Below, one piece after another: positions 1 through 8,405 of a stretch of 32,000 nt of DNA (positions within the stretch are counted from its first letter, which is position 1; every line of letters begins with the position of its first letter). The DNA lies in contig JADQBT010000002.1 in assembly GCA_016278485.1 (NCBI GenBank), forward strand, positions 386,570 to 418,569, given 5' to 3'. The notes beneath the pieces are model-generated. The model did not search any database and had not been told where the DNA came from. It saw nothing but the letters and a program-made list of their open reading frames with translations. The position numbers and the translations under genes were made by a program. Source of the stretch: Halanaerobiales bacterium. GTDB lineage: Bacteria; Bacillota; Halanaerobiia; Halanaerobiales; Halanaerobiaceae.

Positions 1-1053
1 TAGCTGATCAGTTACAAAAGGTTCACCAATATCTTTTAATAAGATAAAGTTTATTTTTCCTGACCGCACTTTTTTATCACTTTTCATTAATTCTATAATT
101 TTACTTACATCCAACTTTTTTGGTAAATTAAAATCAAAGTTAAATTTTTTAATTAAACTAAGAATCTCATCAAACTTTGTTGAACTAAGCCGGTTTTCCT
201 TTAAAGATATATATGCAGCAAAAACTATGCCAATTATCACACCTTCACCATGCCTATAATCTTTGAAATCTGTATAAGATTCCAGCGCATGGCCCAAAGT
301 ATGACCTAAGTTGAGCATCCTTCTTTTGCCAAAATCATCCTGATCAAATCTTACGTAATTATTTTTAATTCGTAAAGCCTGATAAATCACTTCAGATAGC
401 AATTGCTGATTAAAATCATTTCGTTTAATTATCTCAGCACAACTTTTATTAAGCAAATGATAAAAGTTATTATCAAGCAAGGCATATTTTATCAACTCAC
501 CTAGTCCAGAATTAAAATCTCTATTTGTAAGAGTTTCTAGAAATTTTAAATCAATTAACACTTGGTCTGGATGATAGATAGAACCTATCACATTTTTTTT
601 GTTCTGATAATTGATAGCTGTTTTCCCACCAACACTACTATCGATCTGGGCCAAAAGGGTAGTCGGAACCTGTATATAGCTTATTCCTCGCTGATAAGTA
701 GAAGCTAAATACCCTGCTAGATCTCCAACAGTCCCACCTCCAATTGCAATGATAAGATCATCACGGGAAAAATTATTTTCAATTAACTTTTTATATCCTT
801 TTAGTAAGTAATCAACTGATTTAGTAGCTTCTCCCCCCGGTATTTTAAAAAAAGTTTGTTGCAAAGATGATTCAGCAAATGGCTGAGAAATTTCCTTATC
901 ATATATCGCAAATACTGTTTGGTCTATAATTAATAATACTTTTCTAGAATGATAATTATCCTCTAATATTTGCGCTAATTTAGGATATATATCACTGGTT
1001 ATCTCAATCACAGATCTTCGCTTGCTTCTAACAGGTTCAATCACTAATTTCAT
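1..1053 (-). CDS. aroB: 3-dehydroquinate synthase (C-terminal end runs off the window start)
   Basis: It is absent from the ORF track because it is open at the window edge. My minus-strand translation from the ATG at 1053 reads MKLVIEPVRSKRRSVIEITSDIYPKLAQILEDNYHSRKVLLIIDQTVFAIYDKE... It contains IAIGGGTVGDLAGYLAS (GGGxxGD loop) and MLNLGHTLGHALE (metal-binding motif), both typical of AroB. The start overlaps the aroK stop by 17 nt. Confidence 0.85.
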   Translation of the reverse strand, partial: MKLVIEPVRSKRRSVIEITSDIYPKLAQILEDNYHSRKVLLIIDQTVFAIYDKEISQPFAESSLQQTFFKIPGGEATKSVDYLLKGYKKLIENNFSRDDLIIAIGGGTVGDLAGYLASTYQRGISYIQVPTTLLAQIDSSVGGKTAINYQNKKNVIGSIYHPDQVLIDLKFLETLTNRDFNSGLGELIKYALLDNNFYHLLNKSCAEIIKRNDFNQQLLSEVIYQALRIKNNYVRFDQDDFGKRRMLNLGHTLGHALESYTDFKDYRHGEGVIIGIVFAAYISLKENRLSSTKFDEILSLIKKFNFDFNLPKKLDVSKIIELMKSDKKVRSGKINFILLKDIGEPFVTDQL

Positions 1054-1570
1054 AGTTTAAACCATCCTTTTTAACCAATCTATTATATATCTTGTCAACT
1101 ATATCTTCTGGCTTTTGATCTGTCGTATCAATTTGATGCGGAAAGATTTGATAATATTTTTGACGCTCTTTCATTAATTGTTTAATTTCTTTTAATGGGT
1201 TTTCAGTATTAAGTAAAGGCCGATCATTAGAGTTTTTTAATCTCTCATAAATTTCAGTTGCTTCTGCTGTCAAACAAATAACTGTTGCATATTTTTTCAT
1301 TAACGTTCGATTATCTGGACTTAAAACAGCCCCACCACCAATAGCAAAGACAATATTTTTTTGATTTAATAATACTCTTTTCAAGACTATCTTTTCCTGA
1401 TGGCGAAAGAATTTTTCACCACATTCATTAAAAATTTGTGGAATTGATTTTCCAGTAGCCAGTTCAATTAATGCATCACTATCCAGAAAAAGAAATTCAA
1501 ATCTTTCTGCTAGCAGTCTTCCAATAGTAGTCTTACCTGTACCCATAAAACCAGTTAATGTTATAATCAT
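1037..1570 (-). CDS. aroK: shikimate kinase
   Basis: MIITLTGFMGTGKTTIGRLLA carries a Walker A motif, and the size is about 177 aa. The first 20 aa of the ORF-track entry look like upstream over-extension. The ATG at 1570 forms an ATGA overlap with the stop of the upstream gene. Confidence 0.9.
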   Translation of the reverse strand: MIITLTGFMGTGKTTIGRLLAERFEFLFLDSDALIELATGKSIPQIFNECGEKFFRHQEKIVLKRVLLNQKNIVFAIGGGAVLSPDNRTLMKKYATVICLTAEATEIYERLKNSNDRPLLNTENPLKEIKQLMKERQKYYQIFPHQIDTTDQKPEDIVDKIYNRLVKKDGLNYEISD

Positions 1571-2928
1571 CAGCCTCGTTCCTCTCTTATCGAAATCAAC
1601 ATAGCAGCCCCTGTTCCAAGGATAATCCAAAAAAGAGGTGCAACAGACACGACACTAATATTAAATACCGCCTGGCTTAGATAACCAGTTAAAGAAAATA
1701 AGATTGCTACCTGATAGCACTCTGTTTTACTAAACTTAATTAGCGGGAAAATTATTACTCCAATTAATAACAGATATAATACTAAGCCCGGAAGACCAGC
1801 TGTAATTCCTAACTGAAGGTATTCTGAATGAACTTTATCTAAAATTGTGTTTTTATTACCAGTAAAGTTCTGGTAAATTTCTTGAGGATAAACTTCTGCA
1901 AATGTATCAAGCCCTGTCCCAGTTAGGGGTTTTTTGAAAAGCAAGGGAAGACTAGTCTGATAAATAAAGATGCGATAACTACCAACCTTAGCTACTTCCC
2001 CACTTCTTTGCTGACTTAGCTTCTGGAAATCATGCAAGATACTAAAAAATCTATTTCCCGTATAACCTGAATTATAAAAATTCATTCCCAGAGTGATAAT
2101 AATAAAAATTAGGATCATTAAAAATATTTTTTTGTAATCCAATTTATTTTTTATTTTTAAATAAATTAAAGCCAAAAAAGCAGTTAATATTAAACCTAGC
2201 CAGACTCCTCTGGTTGAAGTAGCCAACGTAAAGGCGAAAAAAATAGCAGATAAGCAATATAAAATGATTGTGTTTTTCTTTTCTTTGCTCAAAAGGTAGA
2301 AAACAACTGCAGGTGGTAATATCAGTGCTGTAAAACTACCTGCAAAATTTGGGTTACCAAAAGTTGCAAAACTTCTTCTGACCCAATTTACTCTTACTGG
2401 GTCCCTTGCAATAAAATCAATTCCAAAAAACTGTAACAAACCATAAATTGAAACTAAACTACCAGTTAGAAAGAAGACCTTAAATATTAGCTTTATCTCT
2501 GCTTTATTTCTAATTAAATTAGCTGTTATAAAAAATAAAAGCAGATAGATTGAAAATGTTATAAATCCTTCCCACCGAAAAGGCCGGCCATATAAAGCTA
2601 TAAATTTATATTCAGAAAAAAGAGTAGAAATAATTAACTGAAAAAATAAAAATAAAGCAATTATATTAATTTTATTTTTTTTGAATAATTGTCCATTCTT
2701 TTTAACTAAAAAATATGTAACTATTAAAATACTAACTGCAATAAGATAAAGAAATCTTACTCTAGGCAAATAAATATTATCATTTCTCAGTAGTTTATAT
2801 TCCGAAAAATCAGTCTGTACCAACTCCATGCTCCCCGGGTATGGGAGATATAATAATGGAATAACAAAAATAGTAACTAAGATTAGAATAAAAATTAATT
2901 TATGTAATTTGTTTTCCGTTATTAACAT
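1570..2928 (-). CDS. polytopic membrane protein of the O-antigen ligase / Wzy_C family (WaaL or pilin O-oligosaccharyltransferase TfpO/PglL-like)
   Basis: The protein has about 10-12 hydrophobic segments. Wzy_C-like motifs include TSTRGVWLGL, NPNFAGSF and VHSEYLQLGITAGLPGL. The preferred start is the ATG at 2928 (MLITENK...), preceded by GAGGG plus 7 nt. The ORF-track start at 2952 would overlap aroC. Confidence 0.7.
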   Translation of the reverse strand: MLITENKLHKLIFILILVTIFVIPLLYLPYPGSMELVQTDFSEYKLLRNDNIYLPRVRFLYLIAVSILIVTYFLVKKNGQLFKKNKINIIALFLFFQLIISTLFSEYKFIALYGRPFRWEGFITFSIYLLLFFITANLIRNKAEIKLIFKVFFLTGSLVSIYGLLQFFGIDFIARDPVRVNWVRRSFATFGNPNFAGSFTALILPPAVVFYLLSKEKKNTIILYCLSAIFFAFTLATSTRGVWLGLILTAFLALIYLKIKNKLDYKKIFLMILIFIIITLGMNFYNSGYTGNRFFSILHDFQKLSQQRSGEVAKVGSYRIFIYQTSLPLLFKKPLTGTGLDTFAEVYPQEIYQNFTGNKNTILDKVHSEYLQLGITAGLPGLVLYLLLIGVIIFPLIKFSKTECYQVAILFSLTGYLSQAVFNISVVSVAPLFWIILGTGAAMLISIREERG

Positions 2929-2938
2929 TAGAAAACCC

Positions 2939-4117
2939 TCATTTAAGGCCACGACTTATTTTGTAAGAGTTAAAGGAATTTAAAATATCCTCTAAATTAT
3001 CCCCACCAAATTTTTCAATAATAGCATCTGCCAAAATATAAGCAACTAATGCTTCAGCTACAACACCTGCTGCAGGTAAAGCGGTTACATCTGATCTCTC
3101 TATTTGAGCAGTAACTTTCTTTTTGGTTTTCATATCCACCGTCTCTAATGGTTGATAAAGTGTAGGAATTGGCTTCATTGCAATTTTTATGACTAGCGCA
3201 GAACCATTTGTTATTCCTCCCTCTAGACCACCAGCTCGATTCGTATTGCGATAATAGCCTTTCTTTTTATTATAATATAATTCATCGTGAAATTCACTAC
3301 CAGAAAACTCGATATCAGCAAAGGTATTAGCAAATTCAACACCTTTTACAGCGGGAATACTCATTAAAGCACTTGTCAATCTACTATCAAGTCGCTTATC
3401 CCAACTAGTATAACTACCGAGTCCTGGTGGTAACGGGGTTGTCCTTATTTCACAGATACCTCCTAGTGTATCATGACTTTCTCTTGTTTGATCTATGTAG
3501 TTGATCATTTTTTCTTCTTTTTCTTTATCAAAACAATGAAATGGTGATTCAGCAACCTCTGCTTTAAATTTTTGCCAATTTTCTATTGCAATATCTTTAC
3601 TATCAAAATTAACTTTCATCTCTCCAAGCTGAATAACATGACTAATAATATCGATCTTCAAATTACGCAAAAAAGACATTATTATTGCTCCAGCTGCTGT
3701 TCTAATGGCGGTTTCTCTGGCACTAGCCCTTTCCAGAACATTTCTAATATCAGAAAAATTATATTTTATACTTCCAGCAAAATCCGCATGACCAGGCCGA
3801 GGTTGACTTATCTTATTATCCACTTTTATATCCCAGACCGACATAATCTCCTGCCAGTTAGCCCAATCTTTATTTTTAATTAAGAGTCCAATTGGTGAAC
3901 CAATAGTTAGGCCATTTCTAATTCCAGAAATTATTTTCAAGTCATCTGATTCTATCTGCATCCGACCGCCTCTACCATATGCGTTTTTTCTACGCCTTAG
4001 CATATAATTAATAATATTTTTATCTATTTTAATTCCTGCAGGTAAACCTTCCAAAATTGCCATAATTGAATGACCATGTGATTCACCAGCAGTTCTTAAA
4101 CTAAGCAAAATTATCAC
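2939..4117 (-). CDS. aroC: chorismate synthase
   Basis: LRTAGESHG at the N-terminus, RPGHADF, SARETA and GGISNG-like GGITNG are all chorismate synthase hallmarks. The start codon is GTG at 4117, or more likely TTG at 4108 (MLSLRTAGESHG), which lies 10 nt after GGAG. Confidence 0.95.
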   Translation of the reverse strand: MIILLSLRTAGESHGHSIMAILEGLPAGIKIDKNIINYMLRRRKNAYGRGGRMQIESDDLKIISGIRNGLTIGSPIGLLIKNKDWANWQEIMSVWDIKVDNKISQPRPGHADFAGSIKYNFSDIRNVLERASARETAIRTAAGAIIMSFLRNLKIDIISHVIQLGEMKVNFDSKDIAIENWQKFKAEVAESPFHCFDKEKEEKMINYIDQTRESHDTLGGICEIRTTPLPPGLGSYTSWDKRLDSRLTSALMSIPAVKGVEFANTFADIEFSGSEFHDELYYNKKKGYYRNTNRAGGLEGGITNGSALVIKIAMKPIPTLYQPLETVDMKTKKKVTAQIERSDVTALPAAGVVAEALVAYILADAIIEKFGGDNLEDILNSFNSYKISRGLK

Positions 4118-4122
4118 ACTCC

Positions 4123-4154
4123 AAAAAAAATCTAGAGAATTCTATCTCTAGATT
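4123..4154 (-). terminator. intrinsic-terminator-like hairpin after the cluster B secretin, abutting the aroC RBS
   Basis: The minus strand reads AATCTAGAG-ATAGAATT-CTCTAGATT followed by TTTTTT, then GGAG. The stem is a perfect 9 bp (4129-4137 pairing with 4146-4154), is AT-rich, and is followed by a T-run. Confidence 0.5.
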
Positions 4155-4191
4155 AAAATTCAATATATATTCTTTAAATCCTCTAATTATT

Positions 4192-5511
4192 TTAATGCTT
4201 CAGTATTTTTAATAATTCTTCTTCTGTAAGACTAATAAAGTCAACTCTCTTATTATTCTTGATTATTTCTGCATCTTTTACTCTTTTTGATGGTTTTATA
4301 ACTTGTTTTTCTCTTTTTTCATAATCATTATTATCATTATGGTTATTATCGTTTTCAATTATATGGGGTGTTAAAAATATAATTATTTCACTTGTTATTT
4401 CACTTACTTCTTCACTTGAAAATAGTCTTCCCAAGAGGGGGATTTGACTCAAAATTGGTACATTTGCATAACTTTTTAATATATCTTTTTTTATTAACCC
4501 ACCAATAGCAAGCGTTTCTCCATTTTTTAACCTGACTGTAGTTTCAATATTTCTTGAATTAATAGCAGGTAACCCATCACTAAACTTTTGACCAAGACTA
4601 CTTACAGAGGGTTTTACTTCTAAAATTATTTGATCATTTGCAACAATATTGGGTAAAAACTCTAATACAATGCCTGCATCTATATATTTTATTGTCGAAA
4701 CTGTTTTTCCATCTTCAATTGTCTCTAATTTAACAGGTACTTGATCACCAATTAGCAATTTTGCTTTTTTACCATCAAGGGTCATAAGACTAGGGTTTGC
4801 CAATAATTCCGCTGCCCCTTGTTCTTCTAAAGATCGTAAAAGATCTGGCCAGGTAAGTTGAATTTTGTCTAATTGACCTGAATCATTTTTAATAAAATTC
4901 AAGGTTGAAAGTTGCTCAGTATGGATACCTAATTTTTTTAATTCTGTCCTGGATACTTCCTCAACACGTGCCTCTACCATTACCTGTTTTCTTGGTAAAT
5001 CTAATTTTTTAACGGTCTTTTTAAGACTATTTATTAAATTATTATCACCAGAGACTATTAAATTTTGTTGGTCGAAAGATATTTTTAAGTCTGGATAGAA
5101 TTCTTTTAATTGATTTAATATTTCCTCTGGTTTGCGATAAGCTAATTGAATAATTCTTTGCGAGTTATTTTGAAAGAGACTCTTCATTCTTTCTTCCGTT
5201 GCTACAAAAATTGTATTCTTTTCCAGTCGATACTGTAAATGATAACCGGTAGTTATTAATTTCAGTGCTTCTTCAAATGTTAAATCCTTTAAAAAAAGTG
5301 TTACCACACCCGTCACAGACTTATCAATAACAATATTATATTCTGCTAACTGAGCTAGCATCAATAATGAATCTTGCAAATCTGCTTGGTCTAAATTAAT
5401 GCTAATTGTTTTTTCTAAACTCCCACCAGCAAAAATATTACTTTCTCCCATAAGTATTAACAAAAACAACAAAATTACTACTATTATTTTACTATTTATT
5501 TTGTTTTTCAT
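4192..5511 (-). CDS. outer-membrane secretin (PilQ/GspD family), cluster B
   Basis: There is a Sec signal peptide (...ESNIFA/GGS). An N0/STN-like domain follows (ISINLDQADLQDSLLMLAQLAEYNIVID...). The C-terminal secretin domain includes ANPSLMTLDGKKAKLLIGDQVPV, TTVRLKNGETLAIGGL, VPILSQIPLLGRLF and IIIFLTPHII. Confidence 0.85.
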   Translation of the reverse strand: MKNKINSKIIVVILLFLLILMGESNIFAGGSLEKTISINLDQADLQDSLLMLAQLAEYNIVIDKSVTGVVTLFLKDLTFEEALKLITTGYHLQYRLEKNTIFVATEERMKSLFQNNSQRIIQLAYRKPEEILNQLKEFYPDLKISFDQQNLIVSGDNNLINSLKKTVKKLDLPRKQVMVEARVEEVSRTELKKLGIHTEQLSTLNFIKNDSGQLDKIQLTWPDLLRSLEEQGAAELLANPSLMTLDGKKAKLLIGDQVPVKLETIEDGKTVSTIKYIDAGIVLEFLPNIVANDQIILEVKPSVSSLGQKFSDGLPAINSRNIETTVRLKNGETLAIGGLIKKDILKSYANVPILSQIPLLGRLFSSEEVSEITSEIIIFLTPHIIENDNNHNDNNDYEKREKQVIKPSKRVKDAEIIKNNKRVDFISLTEEELLKILKH

Positions 5512-6118
5512 ACCATTTCTCCTTAATATTTAAGTGGCCTTCAATCTCCTTATATTTAAATTTTATATAATTTTTATCTATCTCTATTAACTTATATTCT
5601 GCTATTTCATCGCCAACTTTTAAATAATAATCCTTACTTTGATAAGATAATAAAACAAGAAAATTATTATCTGATCCAATAATACCTTTTAAGATAAATG
5701 GAATTTTTATCTTTAATTGCTTATTTTTTATAACTTTTTCAACTGCTAATATTTCAACTTTTTCTATTGGTTCTTTTTCTTTAATTTCTCTTGAGCTTGT
5801 CTCTTTTTTTTGACTACTAATAGCAAACTTTTCACTAACTTCTTCTTTTTGAGTAAAAAAAGGATCTTGTAAGTCTTGATAACTATAAAGCAATCTACCA
5901 CTCGCAAAGTTATTAATATCTTTAATTTCCTTTTCTGTACTTTCCTTTTCTCTATTTTCTATTATTATATTTTGTTTATTAGGCTTAGATTTAAGGACGC
6001 TTTGCTGACTAAGCTCATTTGCTTTACTAACTTGTTGTTTTTGGTCATTTAGATAGTAAATTATCAACATTAAAATAATAAGACAAATTAAAATTAGAAT
6101 AATATATTGTCTTTTCAT
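5492..6118 (-). CDS. PilP-like pilus assembly protein (membrane-anchored), cluster B
   Basis: It has an N-terminal TM segment, a K/E-rich linker and a C-terminal beta-domain (ILKGIIGSDNNFLVLLSYQSKDYYLKVGDEIAEYKLIEIDKNYIKF) resembling PilP. The gene sits directly upstream of the secretin, and its start overlaps the upstream stop as TAATG. Confidence 0.45.
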   Translation of the reverse strand: MKRQYIILILICLIILMLIIYYLNDQKQQVSKANELSQQSVLKSKPNKQNIIIENREKESTEKEIKDINNFASGRLLYSYQDLQDPFFTQKEEVSEKFAISSQKKETSSREIKEKEPIEKVEILAVEKVIKNKQLKIKIPFILKGIIGSDNNFLVLLSYQSKDYYLKVGDEIAEYKLIEIDKNYIKFKYKEIEGHLNIKEKWYEKQNK

Positions 6119-6585
6119 TAATAATCTCTCCAGATTATATTTATTAAAGTTATATTTGCTCTCAAATTATGACTGAGCTTAGTAATCTTTAAACGCTCAA
6201 TCTTATAGGTTAATTTACTTTGTTGTAATAGGGCAAAAAACTTAATTAAAGAAAAATAATTTCCTTCCAATAAAATATTTACTTTATTGTCAATTAAATT
6301 TGGATAATAACCTGACATTATTAATGTTGTATTTTCTAAACAACTCTTTATCTCTTTTAAAAGTTCATGATCATTATAATTTTTTTTTATTATTGGAGAA
6401 GGAACAGTTGCTTTATTATTTTTAACTAAATTTTTAATTTTATTTTGGATTTGTTGATTCTCTATTTTAATCGATTCTAAATGGTGATAATCTCTAATCC
6501 AATAACGGATATTGATTAAAATCACAAATAGCAAAAAAATAATTAACGTTATTTTAATTCGCTTATTCAGCATGATAATCACCAA
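6118..6585 (-). CDS. PilO-like pilus assembly protein, cluster B
   Basis: It has a single N-terminal TM segment followed by a coiled-coil (QQIQNKIKNLVKNNK) and then an alpha/beta region. It lies between the PilN-like and PilP-like genes. The real start may be the ATG at 6573 (MLNKRIK). Confidence 0.5.
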   Translation of the reverse strand: MVIIMLNKRIKITLIIFLLFVILINIRYWIRDYHHLESIKIENQQIQNKIKNLVKNNKATVPSPIIKKNYNDHELLKEIKSCLENTTLIMSGYYPNLIDNKVNILLEGNYFSLIKFFALLQQSKLTYKIERLKITKLSHNLRANITLINIIWRDY

Positions 6586-7063
6586 TTTTTAGAGGAATAA
6601 CTAATATTACGAATTGTAATTTATCTTGTCCCTTCATTTCCAATAATTGAACATCTTCTAAATAAGGCGATAGGCCCAGTTTTTCTAAATATTTAATAAC
6701 TTCGTCTGACTGTTTTGCTCTCCCCGAAATTTGGATAGTTCCTTTAGTTAGTAGAATAGAATTTAATTCTATTCGATTAGTGATAGCAAGTGCCAATTCT
6801 TCCAAAATTAAATCCAATGAATAGTTCTTATTATCAACAGTTTTTTTATCAGGTCCATTTTGCTTTAATTTTATGTTTTCTAAACTTAATAATTTATTAT
6901 CTAGATTACTTTTTAAATTTAGTTCTGTTTTAACTCTTTTTTGATATATTTGTGACAGAGCAAAAATCAATAAAAAAATTAGCAAGAGTATGATTAAAAT
7001 TAGCGTTAAATTTAACTTATTTTTCTTCAACTCGTCTTTTTTATAATTTAGATTAATTAACAT
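6563..7063 (-). CDS. PilN-like pilus assembly protein, cluster B
   Basis: The N-terminal MLINLN resembles the conserved PilN INLLP PilM-binding motif. A single TM segment and a coiled-coil follow. The gene lies immediately after PilM and overlaps it. Confidence 0.55.
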   Translation of the reverse strand: MLINLNYKKDELKKNKLNLTLILIILLLIFLLIFALSQIYQKRVKTELNLKSNLDNKLLSLENIKLKQNGPDKKTVDNKNYSLDLILEELALAITNRIELNSILLTKGTIQISGRAKQSDEVIKYLEKLGLSPYLEDVQLLEMKGQDKLQFVILVIPLKIGDYHAE

Positions 7064-8010
7064 GCTCTAACTCCACCCAATGCTCCACCTAAAGCCGTTG
7101 CAAAGCAGGATGGTATTTTATAATCTTCAGCAAATAATTTTACATTCATTGCTAAATTTCCTATTAATAACTGACGAAAACTTTTTAAATCTACTCCTCC
7201 TCCGGTAATTAAAACTGTTTCAGTTCTAAAATCACAATATCTTTTTAAATAAATATTTGTTTCATCTATTTCTCTAATTAAATTATTTACTGCAAATTGC
7301 AGATACTTGCTTGCATTGTTTTTTTGATAATAATTATCTTTTTCTTTTAATTTTTTTGCATCTTGATAGAGTAACTGCAATTCATGCATAATTATCTCTG
7401 TAAAATAGTAGCTATTAAAATCAACTTCTCTAACTAAATTGATACAGTCATTATTAAGATGGATAATTTTAGTTCCCTGGCATCCTAAATCAACTATCAT
7501 TAGCTCGTCCAATTTGGGATAATAATATCTTGCTAAATTGAATAATGCCAGTGGTTCTGCTGTGATAATAATATTTTTTTGTTCTCTTGTACTAAATAAG
7601 CCAATCAATTGGTCGATAGTATTTTTGGGAGATGCAAAAAGATAGCTAATGCCGGTTTTATTATGCTTAGGTTCCCAGAGATCATAAATATATTTAATAG
7701 GATTACCTAAATTAGCAAGAACATTTTCTATCTCTTGCTCAGATTTAACTTCCGTACTTGGTAAAACCTTGAAAATTACATCATTTACAGGTAAGGAGAT
7801 TATAATATTATATTTTAATAATTTTTCTTTCCGTAAAATATTGATTATATCTTGTAATTCATGATATGCAATCTTTTTTGAATAAACTTTATTATATTCA
7901 TAAACTTTAGTCTGTTTGATATTTATCTGGTCTAATTTCTTTATATATTTTAAGTTAATTACTTTAACCGCAGAACTTCCAAAATCTAGTGATGTTAACT
8001 TTTTAACCAC
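7057..8010 (-). CDS. pilM: PilM-like actin-fold pilus assembly ATPase, cluster B
   Basis: Actin-like phosphate and adenosine motifs are present: LTSLDFGSSAVKVINL, VDLGCQGTKIIHL and LITGGGVDLKSF. The start is GTG at 8010, preceded by AAGGAG plus 8 nt. Confidence 0.75.
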   Translation of the reverse strand: MVKKLTSLDFGSSAVKVINLKYIKKLDQINIKQTKVYEYNKVYSKKIAYHELQDIINILRKEKLLKYNIIISLPVNDVIFKVLPSTEVKSEQEIENVLANLGNPIKYIYDLWEPKHNKTGISYLFASPKNTIDQLIGLFSTREQKNIIITAEPLALFNLARYYYPKLDELMIVDLGCQGTKIIHLNNDCINLVREVDFNSYYFTEIIMHELQLLYQDAKKLKEKDNYYQKNNASKYLQFAVNNLIREIDETNIYLKRYCDFRTETVLITGGGVDLKSFRQLLIGNLAMNVKLFAEDYKIPSCFATALGGALGGVRAC

Positions 8011-8015
8011 TATTT

Positions 8016-8402
8016 TTACTCCTTTCGTACAATTTCAACCTCTTGCATGACAAAATCATTCTTAGTTAGTTTTGCTCTGATTTCTACAATCGTATCATCT
8101 GCTTTTCCAGAAACTTCAAGATAATAAAAAAATAATTCTTCAGTAATGACAAGTTCAGCTGATTGTTGATTATTTAATGTTATAGTTTTTTCATTACTAA
8201 TATTCTCTTCGGAATTTACTAATAGATATTTAGCAACAATTATACCTGATCTTGCCGCCATTTTTGCCAGCTTATAATTTCTTGTTTTATTGCTTAATTG
8301 TAAATTTATATAAGATCCATGTACCAATAATGAACTAATCAAGCCTAAGGTTACAATTAGTAGCAAAATTGAAATTAATATATAACCATGATTGTTTAAT
8401 AT
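8016..8402 (-). CDS. PilX/ComGG/GspK-like minor pilin-associated protein, cluster B (start codon uncertain)
   Basis: The ORF-track start (TTG at 8366) leaves only about 14 hydrophobic residues. In frame upstream the sequence reads N-I-L-N-N-H-G-Y-I-L-I-S-I, giving NNHGYILISILLLIVTLGLISSLLV, which parallels the cluster A PilX_N protein (NENGSALLLIMVIIVVLTVIG). AKMAARSGI resembles the PilX_N AEAG motif. AAGGAG lies 8 nt before ATA at 8402, and no ATG, GTG or TTG is available upstream. Confidence 0.5.
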   Translation of the reverse strand: MLNNHGYILISILLLIVTLGLISSLLVHGSYINLQLSNKTRNYKLAKMAARSGIIVAKYLLVNSEENISNEKTITLNNQQSAELVITEELFFYYLEVSGKADDTIVEIRAKLTKNDFVMQEVEIVRKE

Positions 8403-8405
8403 GTT

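Noticed and set aside
1571-1630. The ORF track gives long N-terminal extensions for aroK (to 1630), the major pilin A (to 21181), the minor pilin 18228 (to 18725), the Wzy_C gene (to 2952) and the U32 gene (to 31516).
   Set aside because: Internal starts with good Shine-Dalgarno spacing reproduce the canonical N-termini: Walker A near the N-terminus for aroK and 10-15-aa prepilin leaders for the pilins. The longer forms would overlap upstream genes substantially.
3572-3883. The ORF track lists plus-strand or antisense ORFs at 3572-3883, 11830-12060, 12181-12396, 13091-13333, 13380-13598, 14863-15045, 15558-15839, 18562-18771, 20985-21188, 29580-30026 and 30028-30273. It also lists minus-strand ORFs at 27672-27902 and 27727-27927.
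   Set aside because: Each lies entirely antisense to, or out of frame within, a longer gene with clear family motifs (aroC, ATPase, secretin, PilO-like, pilins, sigK, abrB). Their products are low-complexity F/I/L/S-rich translations typical of AT-rich antisense frames. None has a convincing RBS.
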